NCBI GenBank assembly: GCA_014905635.1
Contig: JABVCE010000013.1
Span: forward strand, 744,001 to 808,000
DNA length: 64,000 bases
DNA from: Scenedesmus sp. PABB004
Taxonomy: Eukaryota
Reading direction: 5' to 3'
Shown: positions 13,279 to 24,361 of the stretch, one piece after another
Layout: every line of letters begins with the position of its first letter
How positions within the stretch are numbered: position 1 is the stretch's first letter
Notes under the pieces: model-generated
Database searches by the model: none
What the model was told of the DNA's origin: nothing
The model's input: only the letters and a program-made list of their open reading frames with translations
Program-made: the position numbers and the translations under genes

Positions 13279-13685
13279 GCAGCCGTGCTGCTGCTGCTGG
13301 GCAGCTGGGGGCTGCCGCAGGGCCGCACGGCCGGCGGCGACGGGTGCCGCCGGAGCGCGGCGGCGGGCGCGCGCCGGGCGCGCGCGTGGACGCCGGCGCG
13401 ACCGCGCGTGTGACGCCGACGTCGCGACGTCGCGACGCCGCGCTCGTGGTCGCCCCCGCTCGCGCGTTCGCCGACGCGGGCCGCGACTTCCCAAGCCCGC
13501 GCTGCGTTGTGTCCTGCCGCTCGCCCGCTGCCGCCTCTGGGCCCTCGCCCGCTCCGCCGTCGCCCTCCTCGCGCCGCCACGCACCCGCCCACCGCCCCGC
13601 ACCACGCGCGCACGCGGCCCGCGCGCGGCGCTGCCGGGCAACAGCAGCCCCCAGGAGGCGCGCGATCGGGCGGCGGACCGGCACC

Positions 13686-15221
13686 ATGTTCCTGGTCAAC
13701 TGGTGCGGCCACGGCGCGCCCCGTCGCGCCCCGGGGCACGGCGGCGCCCCCTGACGCCGGTTGCTGCTGCGCCAACAGGATTTACAGCGCGCTGAACGCT
13801 CTAGGACTGTACAACAAGAACGCTAAGATTCTCTTCCTGGTGAGCAGCGCGGCGCGCGCCTCCGGGCGAGCGCGCGGGGCCGCGGCGCGCCCACGCGCGC
13901 CGGGGCGGCCCGGGGGCGCATGCAGAGCCATCTGCGACCCGCCCGCAGGGCCTGGACAATGCGGGCAAGACCACGCTCATGCACATGCTCAAGGACGAGC
14001 GCCTGGTGACGCTGCAGCCCACGCAGATGCCCACCTCGGAGGTGCGGGGTCGGCGCGGCGCGGCGCGGCGCGGCGTGCGCCGCTGCACGGCGCCGCGGGC
14101 GGCGGCGGCGGCAGCCGGCGCGCGCGCTCGCGCGCCCGCGGCAGGCGAGCCCCCTGTCGCAGCAGGCGGCTGGCGCGCCTGCAGCCGGGGAGGCGCGGCA
14201 CGCACCGCAGCGCACCCCACAGCGCGCGCCGCCGACGGGCGCGCCCGCGCCGCGCCGCCGCGCGCGCAGGAGCTGCAAATAGCGGGCGTCAACTTCAAGG
14301 CGTTTGACCTGGGCGGCCACGAGATCGCGCGCAAAGTCTGGAAGGACTACTACGCCAAGGCGCGGCGCGGCGCGGCCCTCGCTGCCGCGCGCCCCCGCGA
14401 GCGGCGGCGGCGGCAGCGCGCGCTGCTTCAAACAGCACCGCGTGCGCACGCGCCCGCGCGCGCCGCCGTGCCGCCACTTAACCCACCCGCCACCTCACGC
14501 AACGCGGCGGGGGCGCAGGTGGACGCGATCGTGTACCTCGTCGACGCGGCCGACCGCGAGCGCTTCCCCGAGAGCCAGCGCGAGCTCATCGGCCTGCTCA
14601 GCGACGACGGCCTCGCAGGCGTGCCCTTCCTGGTGCTGGGCAACAAGATCGACCTCCCCTACGCCGGTGAGCAGCAGGCACAGACGCACGCAGCGGACGC
14701 AGACGCGCGCAGGGGCGGGCGGCGGCAGCGGCGGCGGCGGCAGCAGCGGCGGCGGTGGACGGCGGCAGCAGCGCAGGGGGGCGGCAGAGTGGTGGCGGGG
14801 CGGGGAAGCAGGAGCAAGCGGCCCCAGGGGGGTGCCGCAGCGGCGCGGACCGCGGGGCGCGGCGTGACCCTTGCGCCGCGCCGCGCCGCAGTCGGCGAGG
14901 AGGAGCTGCGGCACAGCCTCGGCCTCGCGGCGCACACGACGGGCAAGGGCAAGGTGGTGCTCGACCCCAACACGCGGCCGATCGAGGTCTACATGTGCAG
15001 CGTGGTGCGCGGCGCGCGCGTGCACGCGGCAGGCCTGCCCGGCGGCAGGGGCGCAGCACCGCCGCGACGGGCCGCGCGGGGACGGCGCGGCGCGCCGCCG
15101 CCCGCCGCCGGCCCCGCCGACGCCGCCGCGCTGCACGCGCCGCGCGCCGCGCGCCGCCGCGCAGGCCAAGCGCATGGGCTACGGCGACGGGTTCCGCTGG
15201 ATGTCGCAGTACATCAAGTAG
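13686..15221 (+). CDS. SAR1: SAR1 small GTPase (COPII initiation)
   Basis: MFLVNW|IYSALNALGLYNKNAKILFL|GLDNAGKTTLMHMLK..PTSE|ELQIAGVNFKAFDLGGH..KDYYAK|VDAIVYLVD..GNKIDLP..RPIEVYMCSV|..GYGDGFRWMSQYIK*; 6 introns. Confidence 0.97.
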
Positions 15222-15325
15222 CGGCGGCCGGGCGGCGCAGCGGGCGGCAACCCGGGGGGCGGCGCGCCAGCAGCAGCTGGGCGGCGGAGCGGAGCAGAGC
15301 AGCAGCGCGGCGCGGGCGGCGCGGC

Positions 15326-15362
<37 letters not shown>

Positions 15363-15976
15363 GCAGCAGCGGCTGCGGCGCGGCCGGCGCCCGGCGCCTG
15401 GCGCGCGACGCGGCGCGCGTGTGCATGGGCGGGCGGGCGGGCGGGCGGGCGGGCGGGCGGCCGGGCGGGCGGGCGGCCGGCGGGGGCAGGGGCGTCCCGT
15501 GGCGGGCGCGGCGGGTCCGGGCGCAGAGGGCTGTTTGTACAGGCAGCACGGCGGTGCCCGCCTGGCTGCGCAGCCTGCAGGCATCGCCCGTTGAGCAGGG
15601 GGCCGTCAGATTGCTTGCAGTCGGGGGCGGGCTCGCGGCCTCGCAGCGGCCTCGCGGCCACTCGCGCAGCCGGCGGCCGGCCCGCGCGGCGCGGCTGGCG
15701 GCGCGCCTGTTCGCCGAGTGGGACGTGGAGCGAGTCACTGAGCGAGCGTCGCGTGCGTGCGCGCGCGCAGGCCGCGCCCCCGGGCGGCTCGCCGCGCCGC
15801 GCGCGCGGCCTGCAGGGTGGCGGCCGGCGCACGCGCGGCGCCCCGGCGGCGGCCGGGGCACCGGCCGCCGCGGCCCGCGCCGGTGCTGGAACAAGCAGCG
15901 GCGGTCGCACGGGGGCGTGGCATGAGCTGCACGTCGGTGGTGGTGGTATTGCCTGACCGCGCCGCCCCCGCGCGCG

Positions 15977-15981
15977 TGTAA
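15977..15981 (+). promoter_or_regulatory. TGTAA polyadenylation signal (probable SAR1 3' end)
   Basis: TGTAA about 760 nt downstream of the SAR1 stop and before the convergent next gene. Confidence 0.5.
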
Positions 15982-16161
15982 GGCAACGGCCTGGCGCCTG
16001 CCGCAGAGTCAACGCGGGGTCAACCTGCACGGGTCGCCAGACGGCCTGGTTCCAGCCTGCGCTCTGTCCGGGCCAGCCTGCCGGTTACCCCCCAGCCGCT
16101 CTCTCACTACTACTCTCGCTGCACTGCAGACTCAGGCGTGCAGTGCGGCAGGCCCCGCCCG

Positions 16162-17489
16162 TCACACCTGCACCGCGCGCAGCGCCTCGAGCTCGCTGGG
16201 GGTGCGCAGGGCGCACGACGTGAGGCTGCCGCTGCGCAGCCGGCGGAGCGCGGCCTCAAAGGGGCTGGTGCCGCTCGCGACGCGCCACGCGTCTGCCGCG
16301 GCCGCGTCGCACATGTAGGCAAACGCGCTGCCGCCGTGCACGGCGTGGTCGACGGACCCGGCGCCGCTCGTGCGGCCGGCCGTGGGCGCGCGGCCGAGCG
16401 AGAGCGCGGCCACGAGCGACGAGAGCGGCGGCGCGCCGGTCGACGCCGCGGGCGCGGCGGCGGCGGCCGCGGCGTTGCCGACCAGCGCGCCCTCGGGCGC
16501 AGACAGCAGCCGCTCCTCGGCCGCGCGCTGCGGGGCGCCGCTGCAGCTGGCGGCGCCCCACTCGTCGTCGAGGGGCGCGGACGCCTCAAGCCAGTGGTCC
16601 TCCACTTGAAAGCGCGCCGCCGCGGGGGCGCCGCCGCAGAGCGCGCTGAGCACGGCGGCGACGGCGAGGCGGCTCATCGGTGTGGAGGGGAAGGCCACGA
16701 CGCTGACGGGGCCCGTCACGCCGCGCACGTCGACCCCCGCGGCGCCGCGCGCGCGCGTGGACCATGGCAGCGTCTGCGGCGCGGGCGGCGGCGCGGCGGG
16801 GGGCGGGTCGGGGCGGCGCGCGGCGCGCGGCGCGCGGCGCGGGCAGGGCAGGCCGCGCGGCGGGCGCGGCGGGGCCTGGCGGCGGCGGGCAGGGCATGCG
16901 CGCGCACCTCGGCGGCGGCGTAGGTGAGCCCCGCGGCGAACGCCGCCTCGCAGCGCGCGCCGAGCGCGCGGCGCAGGCGCAGGAGGTCGAGCGCGCCGGC
17001 GCCGGGCATGATGACGAGGAGCTGGCTGCGCAGGTGGGGCGCGAGTCCGGGGGCAGCGCCACGATCACCACGTCCGCGCCGGGCACGACCGAGCCCGCGT
17101 CGCACGTGACCGCTGCGACGCGGCCCAGCACCGGGGCGCCCCCGGCGCCGCCGGCCGCGTGCGCCGCGAGGCCGCCGCGCGCGGCGATGGCGGCCGAGAG
17201 CTCGGCCGCGCGCGCGCGGTGGCGCGGAGTGTCGCTGAGCAGCACGGCGGTGTGCGCGCCGACGGCGCCCGCCGCCGCGGCGGCCGCCTTGGCTGCGGGG
17301 CCGGGCGGCGCGGCGCGGGGTGAGGGGCAGCGGCTGCAGCCGTGGTGGAGGCGGGCCCGCGATCGGCCTCGAGCGCGCCGGCCGGGCCCGGCGGCGGCGC
17401 AGCGTTGACCCGGCGGCGCGGCGCTCACCGCCGTGCCCGCCGCCGCACACGACCACGCGGAGGTCGGAGAGCGCCCTGTGGTAGTCCAT
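16162..17489 (-). pseudogene. Opine (octopine/tauropine) dehydrogenase-like gene, frameshifted and lacking the C-terminal domain
   Basis: Rossmann start VVVCGGGHG|AKAAAA, ADVVIVALP, then a frame change near 17045 to LAPHLRSQLLVIMPGAG, and AAAE|TLPWSTR..GVDVRG. The expected downstream helical catalytic domain is not recognisable. Confidence 0.65.
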
Positions 17490-18117
17490 TGCGCGTCGCG
17501 GGGCGGGTGCTGTCGGCGCGAGAACGGCTGCGAGTGAGACTGCAAGTGAAATCGAGCTGCCGTGGAGCGCGCGCGTCACTGGCTCTTTCATGGCCTCGCA
17601 GACGCCGTGCTCGTTTAAGAGCGCGGCCCCGCGTCAAACTTCGGCGGGAGGGGCACCGCACACGATTGACAAATACGGCAAAAAACCAGCAGCTACACGC
17701 ATTCGTGGCGCGCTGGGCCCGAATCCCCAGCACTATCTCAGACGGCAGCCGCCCCCCTGTCGCGCCGGGGGCAGCGGCTCCGGCGGCAGCGGGGCGGCAC
17801 CGGCGAGGTCCGTCGGCGGCGGCCGCCGCGCACGGCCGCGCGGGCGCCGCCAGCTCTGACGCGCTGTCTACGATCGTACCACGAGCTGGTGGGACCTGCC
17901 CGCGTGCCCGGTGGCGCGCCCCGACCGGCGGGCTGCCCGCCACCGAGCCGGCGCGGCTGCGGCCTGGCGGGCGGGCGCGCCCAGCACGCGCGCCGCGGCG
18001 TCGTTGGATCAAGGCCTCGCCCGAGAACACGCCGCGCCAGCGCGCAGTGGACGCGCGGCCGCACGCCACCCGCCCCTCCCCGCCCGGTCGCGCACGCCGC
18101 TCCGCACGCCACCCACG

Positions 18118-19249
18118 ATGCGGTTGGCGACGTCGGCAGTGCTGCTGGTGCTGCTGGCGGGCGCCCAGGCGCGGCGCGCGCGGCGCGCGGCGGGCTCGGC
18201 CGGCCCCATGGCGGGAGCGCGCCGCACGCGCCCGCGGCCGGCGCGCGTGCGTCGCGGCGCGGCGTGCCAGCTGGAGCCTGACACGGCGCGTCGTTTGCAC
18301 ACGCGCAGGCCGCGAGCGCGGGTCCGCTGCTCAAGGGCAAGCTGCTGCTGGGCGGCGCGCTCGCGAACAAGACCGCCGGCCTGCTGGACGCCCTCAGCGA
18401 CGCGGCGGGTGCGGCGGGCGCGCGCACGCGGCGCCGGAAGCTCCCGGACCAGCTGCCAGGGCAGCGGCGGCCCGCCGCGGCGGCGGCGGCGCGCCGACGC
18501 CCGCCGCGCTGCCGGCGCTCTGCGCACCCGCGCGCCGCGCCGCGCCGCCGCCGCCGCCGCCGCCGCAGCCGGCACGGAGCTCTGCTACCCCAAGTGGAAC
18601 TCGCCGGACGTGTCGCTGCCGATGAAGGCCTGCCCCGAGGGCTTCAGCGCCAACGGCACCGCGCTGTGCGTCAAGTCCACGCAGAGCACCGCGACGACGT
18701 GCGTGCGCGCCACGGCCTGCCCCGCGGGCATGGCGAGCGTGGAGCACGAGAAGCTCTGGTGCGGCGGGCGGCCGGGGCGCGTGCGTGCGTGGTGGGAGCT
18801 GGCCGGCAGCAGCAGCCAGGCCGGCGCGCCGGCGGCCCGCCGGCCGGAGCCGCCGCCCGCCGCCCGCCGCCGCCGCCGCGCCCGCCAGCCTGGCGCCGGA
18901 GGCGCGCAGCTGCCTGGTGGGCGTGCTGGTGGCGGCCAAGGTCAACGCGCGCCTGCCGCTCATGATCCTGCCGGCGCTGAAGCAGGGCCTCGCCGCCGCG
19001 GCGGAGGCCAAGGCCGCGCTGAAGCGCGTCAACCTCAGCCTGCCTGCCTTCACGCCGGCGGCCAACATCAGCCTCCCGGAGGTCACGCTCACGCTCGGGC
19101 CGAAGCAGCACCCCCTCGACACCAACCTCAGCGCCGCGCTTGACACGTCCGGCTGGGTCGACCCGCTCCTGTCGGCGACGCAGGAGGTGCGGCGGGCGCG
19201 CAGCCGCCGCAACGCGCGCGCGCGTCCGCGGGCGCCGCGCCGCGCCACG

Positions 19250-19284
<35 letters not shown>

Positions 19285-19911
19285 TGCCGGCCGCAGTTCA
19301 ACCTGGCAGTGACGGGCAGCGACGACGTCATGGCCGTGCTGAGCAAGGCCATGGCCCTGGTCAACGTGACGGAGCTGATGAACATCATGCCAGCGGTGAG
19401 TCAGCCAGCCACACAGCGGCGGCGGCGGCGGCGCCTGGCCGGCCGGCCGGCCGGCCGGCGGCCACGGCGGCGGCGCCCGCGCGACGGCCCCGCCGCTCAG
19501 GCGCCCGCGCTGACGCCGCGAGCGCCGCGCCCGCCCCGCCGCGCGCCTCCGCAGCTGGACGCGTGGGTGTCGAAGCACGTGGAGAACGTGACCAACGTCA
19601 ACGAGATCACCGCCCAGGTGTCGGCGGGCTTCCCGACCTGCCTGCACAAGTGCTGCCGCGACGAGGCCCGCGCCGGCACCACGCTCGCGCTGCCCAGCGC
19701 GGCCTGCCCCGCCGGCAAGACGCTGCACGCGGTGCTCAAGGTCTGCGTGAGCGACGCGACTGGCTACGAGGCCTGCCCCGCGGGCAGCACGCGCTGCACG
19801 CTGCCGCCCGGCCTGCCCGCGTGCGTCGGCGGCAACGCGACGCTGCACGGCCTCGACGCCTGCAAGACCGCGGCGCTGCTGCAGGCCAAGCTGCCCAAGC
19901 GCCAGTGCTGA
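18118..19911 (+). CDS. Secreted Cys-rich protein of unknown function
   Basis: Signal peptide MRLATSAVLLVLLAGAQ|A; 5 in-phase introns; repeated ACPxG..C motifs near both ends; several N-x-S/T sequons; stop TGA 19909-19911. Confidence 0.7.
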
Positions 19912-20057
19912 CCGGCGGCGCGGGGCGGCGGCTGGGCTGCGACACGCCCTGGCCGGCGACGGCGGCGCTCCTGAGAAAAGGAGCTCTCTTTGGACGCGCG
20001 CGACGGTGCCGCCCGCGTTTATGAGCTGCTGGTTCCGGTTACCGGCCAACAGCCGCG

Positions 20058-22172
20058 CTATGCCGGCGGCGGCGCCCGCCGCACGCTGCGCCAGAACCCC
20101 GCCGCCACGCGCGACCTGGCGCGCGCCAGCCGCTGCCACACCCGCGCCCACGCGCCCCGCCGGCCACCTGCTGGGGCGGGGGCCGCCCCCGGCTGCTGCC
20201 TGCCAGTGCCGCTGCCCCCCTGCCGGGGCTGGCCCCCCGGCGCCGCCCGCCGCCGCTCCTGCCCGCCCGCCGCCGCCGCCGCCGCCGCCGCGCGGCGCTG
20301 CTGCCAGCGCTCGCGCTGCGCGCGGCGCCGCGCGAGCGCGAGCAGGCGGCGCCCGATCGGCGTGCCGGGCGCGACCGCGGCCGTCGCCTGGCCCGTCTGC
20401 TGCAGGTCCCAGCTCCAGCGCGGATAGACGGGGCCGCCTTGGGGCTGTAGCGCGTCAGGGATGGAGCCGTCCGGGATGATGGGGCACAGCGGCCCCAGCC
20501 GCCCCGCGGTGAGGGCGCAGGTGCTCGGGCACTGCGCCGCGCCAGCCGCGCACACCACGTACGAGGTGCTCGCGTTCAGGCTCGCCACAAAGCCGGGCTG
20601 GCACACGCAGCCCGCAAAGGTGCCGGGGCAGGGCTGGTTGCCCGCGCGGCACGCGCAGCGCGTGACCGGCCGCGTCACGTTGGTGCTGGCGTTGAACAGG
20701 CGCTGCACGATCGGCTCGCAGCCGGGCGAGCACACGTAGCGAACCGGCTCGACCACGGTGCGGCAGAACGCGGCGGCGGCGATCACGTTGGTCGTGTCCA
20801 GCTTGCCCTCGCAGTCGATGCGCGCGCTGGCGGCGCGGCGCGGGGCGTCGGGCGGGGGCGGCGCGCGGGCGCGGGTCTCGCGGAGCGCCAGGGCCGCGCG
20901 GCGCGGCGGGCGCGGCGCCGCGCACGCGGCGGCGCGCTGCGAGCGCGCGGCGCACCAGACGGGCTCGCCCTCCCACTTTGTGAGGTTGCTGCCCGGGTTG
21001 CAGGCCATGCCGGTGACGTTGACCACCACGAACGACTGCCGCGGCACGCAGTAGCCTGCCGGGCGGCGCACGCAGCGCCACGGTCAGAGCGGGGCGCGAG
21101 CCGGCGGGCGCGCGCGCGCCGCGCGGCCCCCCGCACGGGCCCTCACCCGAGTCAAACGCCGTCGCGGGCACCGTCGTGACGGGCGGCCCGGGCTGGGTGA
21201 TGGCCGGCAGCGTGCCGCCCGCTGTGCCTGCCGCTGTGGCGCCTGCCTGGCCGGCGGCGGCGCCTGTGCCGCCCTGCTGCTGCTGCTGCTGCGGCTGCTG
21301 CGGCTGCTGCTGCTGCTGCGGCTGCTGCAGCTGCTGCTGCGGCTGCTGCTGCGGCTGCTGCGGCTGCTGCTGCAGCGGCTGCTGCTGCTGCTGCAGCGGC
21401 TGCTGCTGCGGCTGCTGCTGCTGCATCGGCGCAGCAGCCCCAGCGCTCGCGCCTGCCAGCCCGCTCGGCGCGGCGCCAGCACCAGCCTGCTGCGCGCCGC
21501 CCTGCACGACGCCCTGGCTGCTGCCACCGCTGCTGCTCCAGCTGCCAGGCGGCAGCGCGCCGCCCAGGGCAGCGCCGCCCGCCGCCTGGCCGTCCGCGGC
21601 GGCTGCCTCGAGGCCTGGCGGCGGCACGTATCGCCAGCTGCCTCCCCAGCCCGCAAACCTGTTTGTCTTGTCTATGGGGTTGAACTGGCCGTAGGGCAGC
21701 GGCAAGGGCAGCGACCGCGGCCCTGCGCCGCCCCACTGCCGCTGCGTCCAGCGCTCAGGCTGCGGCTGCTGCGGCTGCTGCTGTTGCTGCTGCGGCTGCT
21801 GCTGCGGCTGCTGCTGCCCCTGCTGTAGCACTGCGGCATCCTGCTGCAGCTTTCGGCGCAGCTGCAGCGGCGGCGGGCCGCCGCCGCGGGCCTGCGGGCG
21901 GCGGGCGGGGCCAGGCAGGTGGCTGTTGGCAGCCGGCGCATCGCGGGCTGCGGTGCTGGCGTAAGACGCGGCGTATACGGGAGAGCTGCCTGGCTGGCCG
22001 GCCACGCGCGGCGACGCTGCAGCGCTGCGCAGCGCACCTCGAGGCCGACCGCGCCATGCCGCCCCCGTCCCCGGTTCGCCTGGGCGCCCGTGAGCTCGCT
22101 CGGCAGCGCCAAGACGATGGAAAGAACAAAGACGATGCAGAGACGGCACCTCGCCCGCGCGGCCGCGGCCAT
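20058..22172 (-). CDS. Secreted protein with polyQ/QP N-region and Cys-rich C-terminal domain
   Basis: Signal-like LCIVFVLSIVLALP; introns at about 22037-21892, 21146-21057 and one further intron; RRKLQQ and GRRLL motifs; Cys-rich CACRAGNQPCPGTFAGCVCQPGF. The exact C-terminus is uncertain. Confidence 0.65.
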
Positions 22173-22309
22173 CCAGGCCTCGCTGCCCGGCGGCGGGCGC
22201 AGGCTGCTTCTGGTGGCGCCGCTCGCAGCTCGCCGCTGCCCGCTGCACGGCGGGTCAATCCGTGGGTCGCACGCCGGCTGGTCAGTCAGCCAGCGTCCGG
22301 GCAGGTTTG

Positions 22310-22314
22310 TTACA
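22310..22314 (-). promoter_or_regulatory. TGTAA polyadenylation signal for the DUF1997 gene
   Basis: TTACA on + strand about 390 nt past the DUF1997 stop. Confidence 0.5.
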
Positions 22315-22683
22315 CACGCGGAGGCGCATGCGCGCCGCCGCCGCCGCCAATGACAGAGCGCTCCAGCGACACACGCCTGCTACTCCTCTCCCTGAGCAAC
22401 GCACTCTCACGCACGCGGAAGCAACATCCTGCGCCGCCACCGCAATCGCGGCGGCCGCCGGCGCACGACACGGGCGTCGCGCGCGGCAAAGCGAGCGAGC
22501 AAACAAGGCCAGCAACGCACTCAATCTAAGGCACAAGGCAGCAAGATGAGGAGCGTGGGGGCGTTCTTCACACACTGCGCGGGAGAGGGCGCCGCCCCAT
22601 GAGCGGGGGCGCCAGCCCGCCTGCCTGCCCGTCTGCGTGCCGCGCAGCCCGCAGAGACCCTACTGCTGCTGCCGCTGCTGCTT

Positions 22684-22701
<18 letters not shown>

Positions 22702-22715
<14 letters not shown>

Positions 22716-24004
22716 GCTCCGCCGCCGCGGCGGCGGCGGCGCGCGCGGCCTTGGCGGCCGTGCGCGCGCGCCGCGCCGCGCGGTACTCCGGCTCGGCCGC
22801 CCACTTGGCGTAGTCGGCCGCGAGCTGGCGCATGAACCACGGCAGCAGCGAGCTCGTGAGGCCGCTGATGACGGCGTTGCAGCTGCGCACGAGCACCTCG
22901 CGCGGCATGAGCTGGAACGGCGGCACCACCTCGCACCACACCTGCACGTGCGACGCGCCGGTGATGCTCGCGCCGGCGGCGCCGCCGCTGCCGCTGCCGC
23001 TGCCGCTGCCGCCGCTGGCGCTGCCGCCGCTGGGCCAGCCGACGCCGTCCCTGAGCTTGTTCCAGCCCGTGCGCAGCTGCGCGCGCGTGCCGGGCGGGCG
23101 CGCCGCCGCCGCGGGCGCCGCGGGCGCGGGCGCCGCGGGCGCCGCCGCCGCGGATCCGGCCCAGGTGAGCCGCGTCTCAAACTCCATCGCGAAGCGGTCG
23201 TCGAGGCCGCCCATGACGCCGGCCGCGTTGAGCTGGCAGTCGGTCGCGCGCAGCACGACCGCGTCGGCCTCGGCGCGCACGCGCACCTCTATGACCGGCT
23301 GGAGGCTCGCGCCGAGCAGCGACAGCCGCGGCACGCGCAGCACGAAGCGGTCGTCGCAGCCCGCCACAAACTGGATCTGGGCGGGGTCGAGGCAGTAGTA
23401 CTGCTCCACCTGCGGGGCAGCAGCGGCGGCCAGGGCGTCGTGCAGGGCGGCGCGCAGCAGGCTGGTGCTGGCGCCGCGCATCACATGCACGGCCAGCGCC
23501 CGCGGCTCGCTCAGCGCCGCCAGGTTGGGGATGGTGCTGGCGCTCCAGCCGCGCAGGCGCGACAGGCTGAGCCGCGTGAGCGCGCAGGGCAGCGCGTGCG
23601 AGCCAACAAGCAGCGGTGCTCACCGGCAGGCGCATGTACGCGTCGAGCGACACGTCCTCGCCCCCGGCGGCCGGCCGGCTGGCGTCGCGCACGGGCACGC
23701 TCGCCGCGCCGCGCGCGCCGATCTCCGCGGGGTCGCGCAGGCGCTGCCAGCGCGCCGGGCGCGGCGGCGGCCGCAGCGCGGGCTGCGGCGGCGCCGGCGG
23801 CTGCAGCGGCGGCGGTGGCCCGCGCGCCGGGCGCTGCTGCTGCTGCGCGGCTGGCGCCGGCGGCGCCGCCGTGCTGGCGGCCGCGCCGCGCGCGCCGGAC
23901 GCGGGCGCCCGAGCCGTGGGCCGGCGTCCTGGGGCGGCCCGGGCGGCCCTGCAGGCCGTTGCGGGGCGCCCGCCGGCCTGGGGCCGCGCCGCCTGCAGCT
24001 GCAT
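22702..24004 (-). CDS. DUF1997 family protein (plastid/cyanobacterial type)
   Basis: Transit-like Arg/Ala/Pro N-terminus; SLDAYMRLP|VEQYYCLDP..FVLRVPRL..LQPVIEVRV..VWCEVVPPFQLMPREVL..FMRQLAADYAKWA; one intron at 23623-23410. Confidence 0.85.
23410..23623 (-). other. Intron composed of copied fragments of neighbouring genes
   Basis: 23429-23479 is an exact inverted copy of 21468-21518. 23485-23622 is a ~90%-identical direct copy of 25806-25962 with an 18-nt gap. Confidence 0.9.
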
Positions 24005-24361
24005 GGCCGCCCCGCGCCGCTGCTGGTGCTTCCCACAGTGAGAGCACGCCGGGAGCGGCCTGGCGCGGCCGGCAGCGCGGGCCGCGCGAGGCCAGCCGGT
24101 CGATCGCGGGGGCGCACTGCGACTGCTACGGCTGCCGCGGCTGCTGCGGGCGCGCCGAGGGTGTGAGATAGCGATGGGTCGGCGGGGGCAGCGGCAGGGC
24201 GCGCGGACTCAGCGGCGGCGCGCGGCGCGCGGGGCTTGTGCCTGCGCCCTGCCGCCGCTGATCAACTGCTTGCAACTTGGGCCCCAGCCGCAGCCCTTCG
24301 CCATCTGAGCCGCTGGCGCCACCGCTCGCCCGCCGGCGGGCGCCGCCGCACGGCGCTGCCT

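Noticed and set aside
4515..15221. TBC1D20 and SAR1 as an ER-export gene cluster
   Set aside because: Separated by unrelated genes; no shared regulatory signal seen; probably chance.
21176..21694. Poly-Cys metallothionein-like ORF
   Set aside because: Antisense reading of the polyQ/QP tract of the minus-strand secreted gene.
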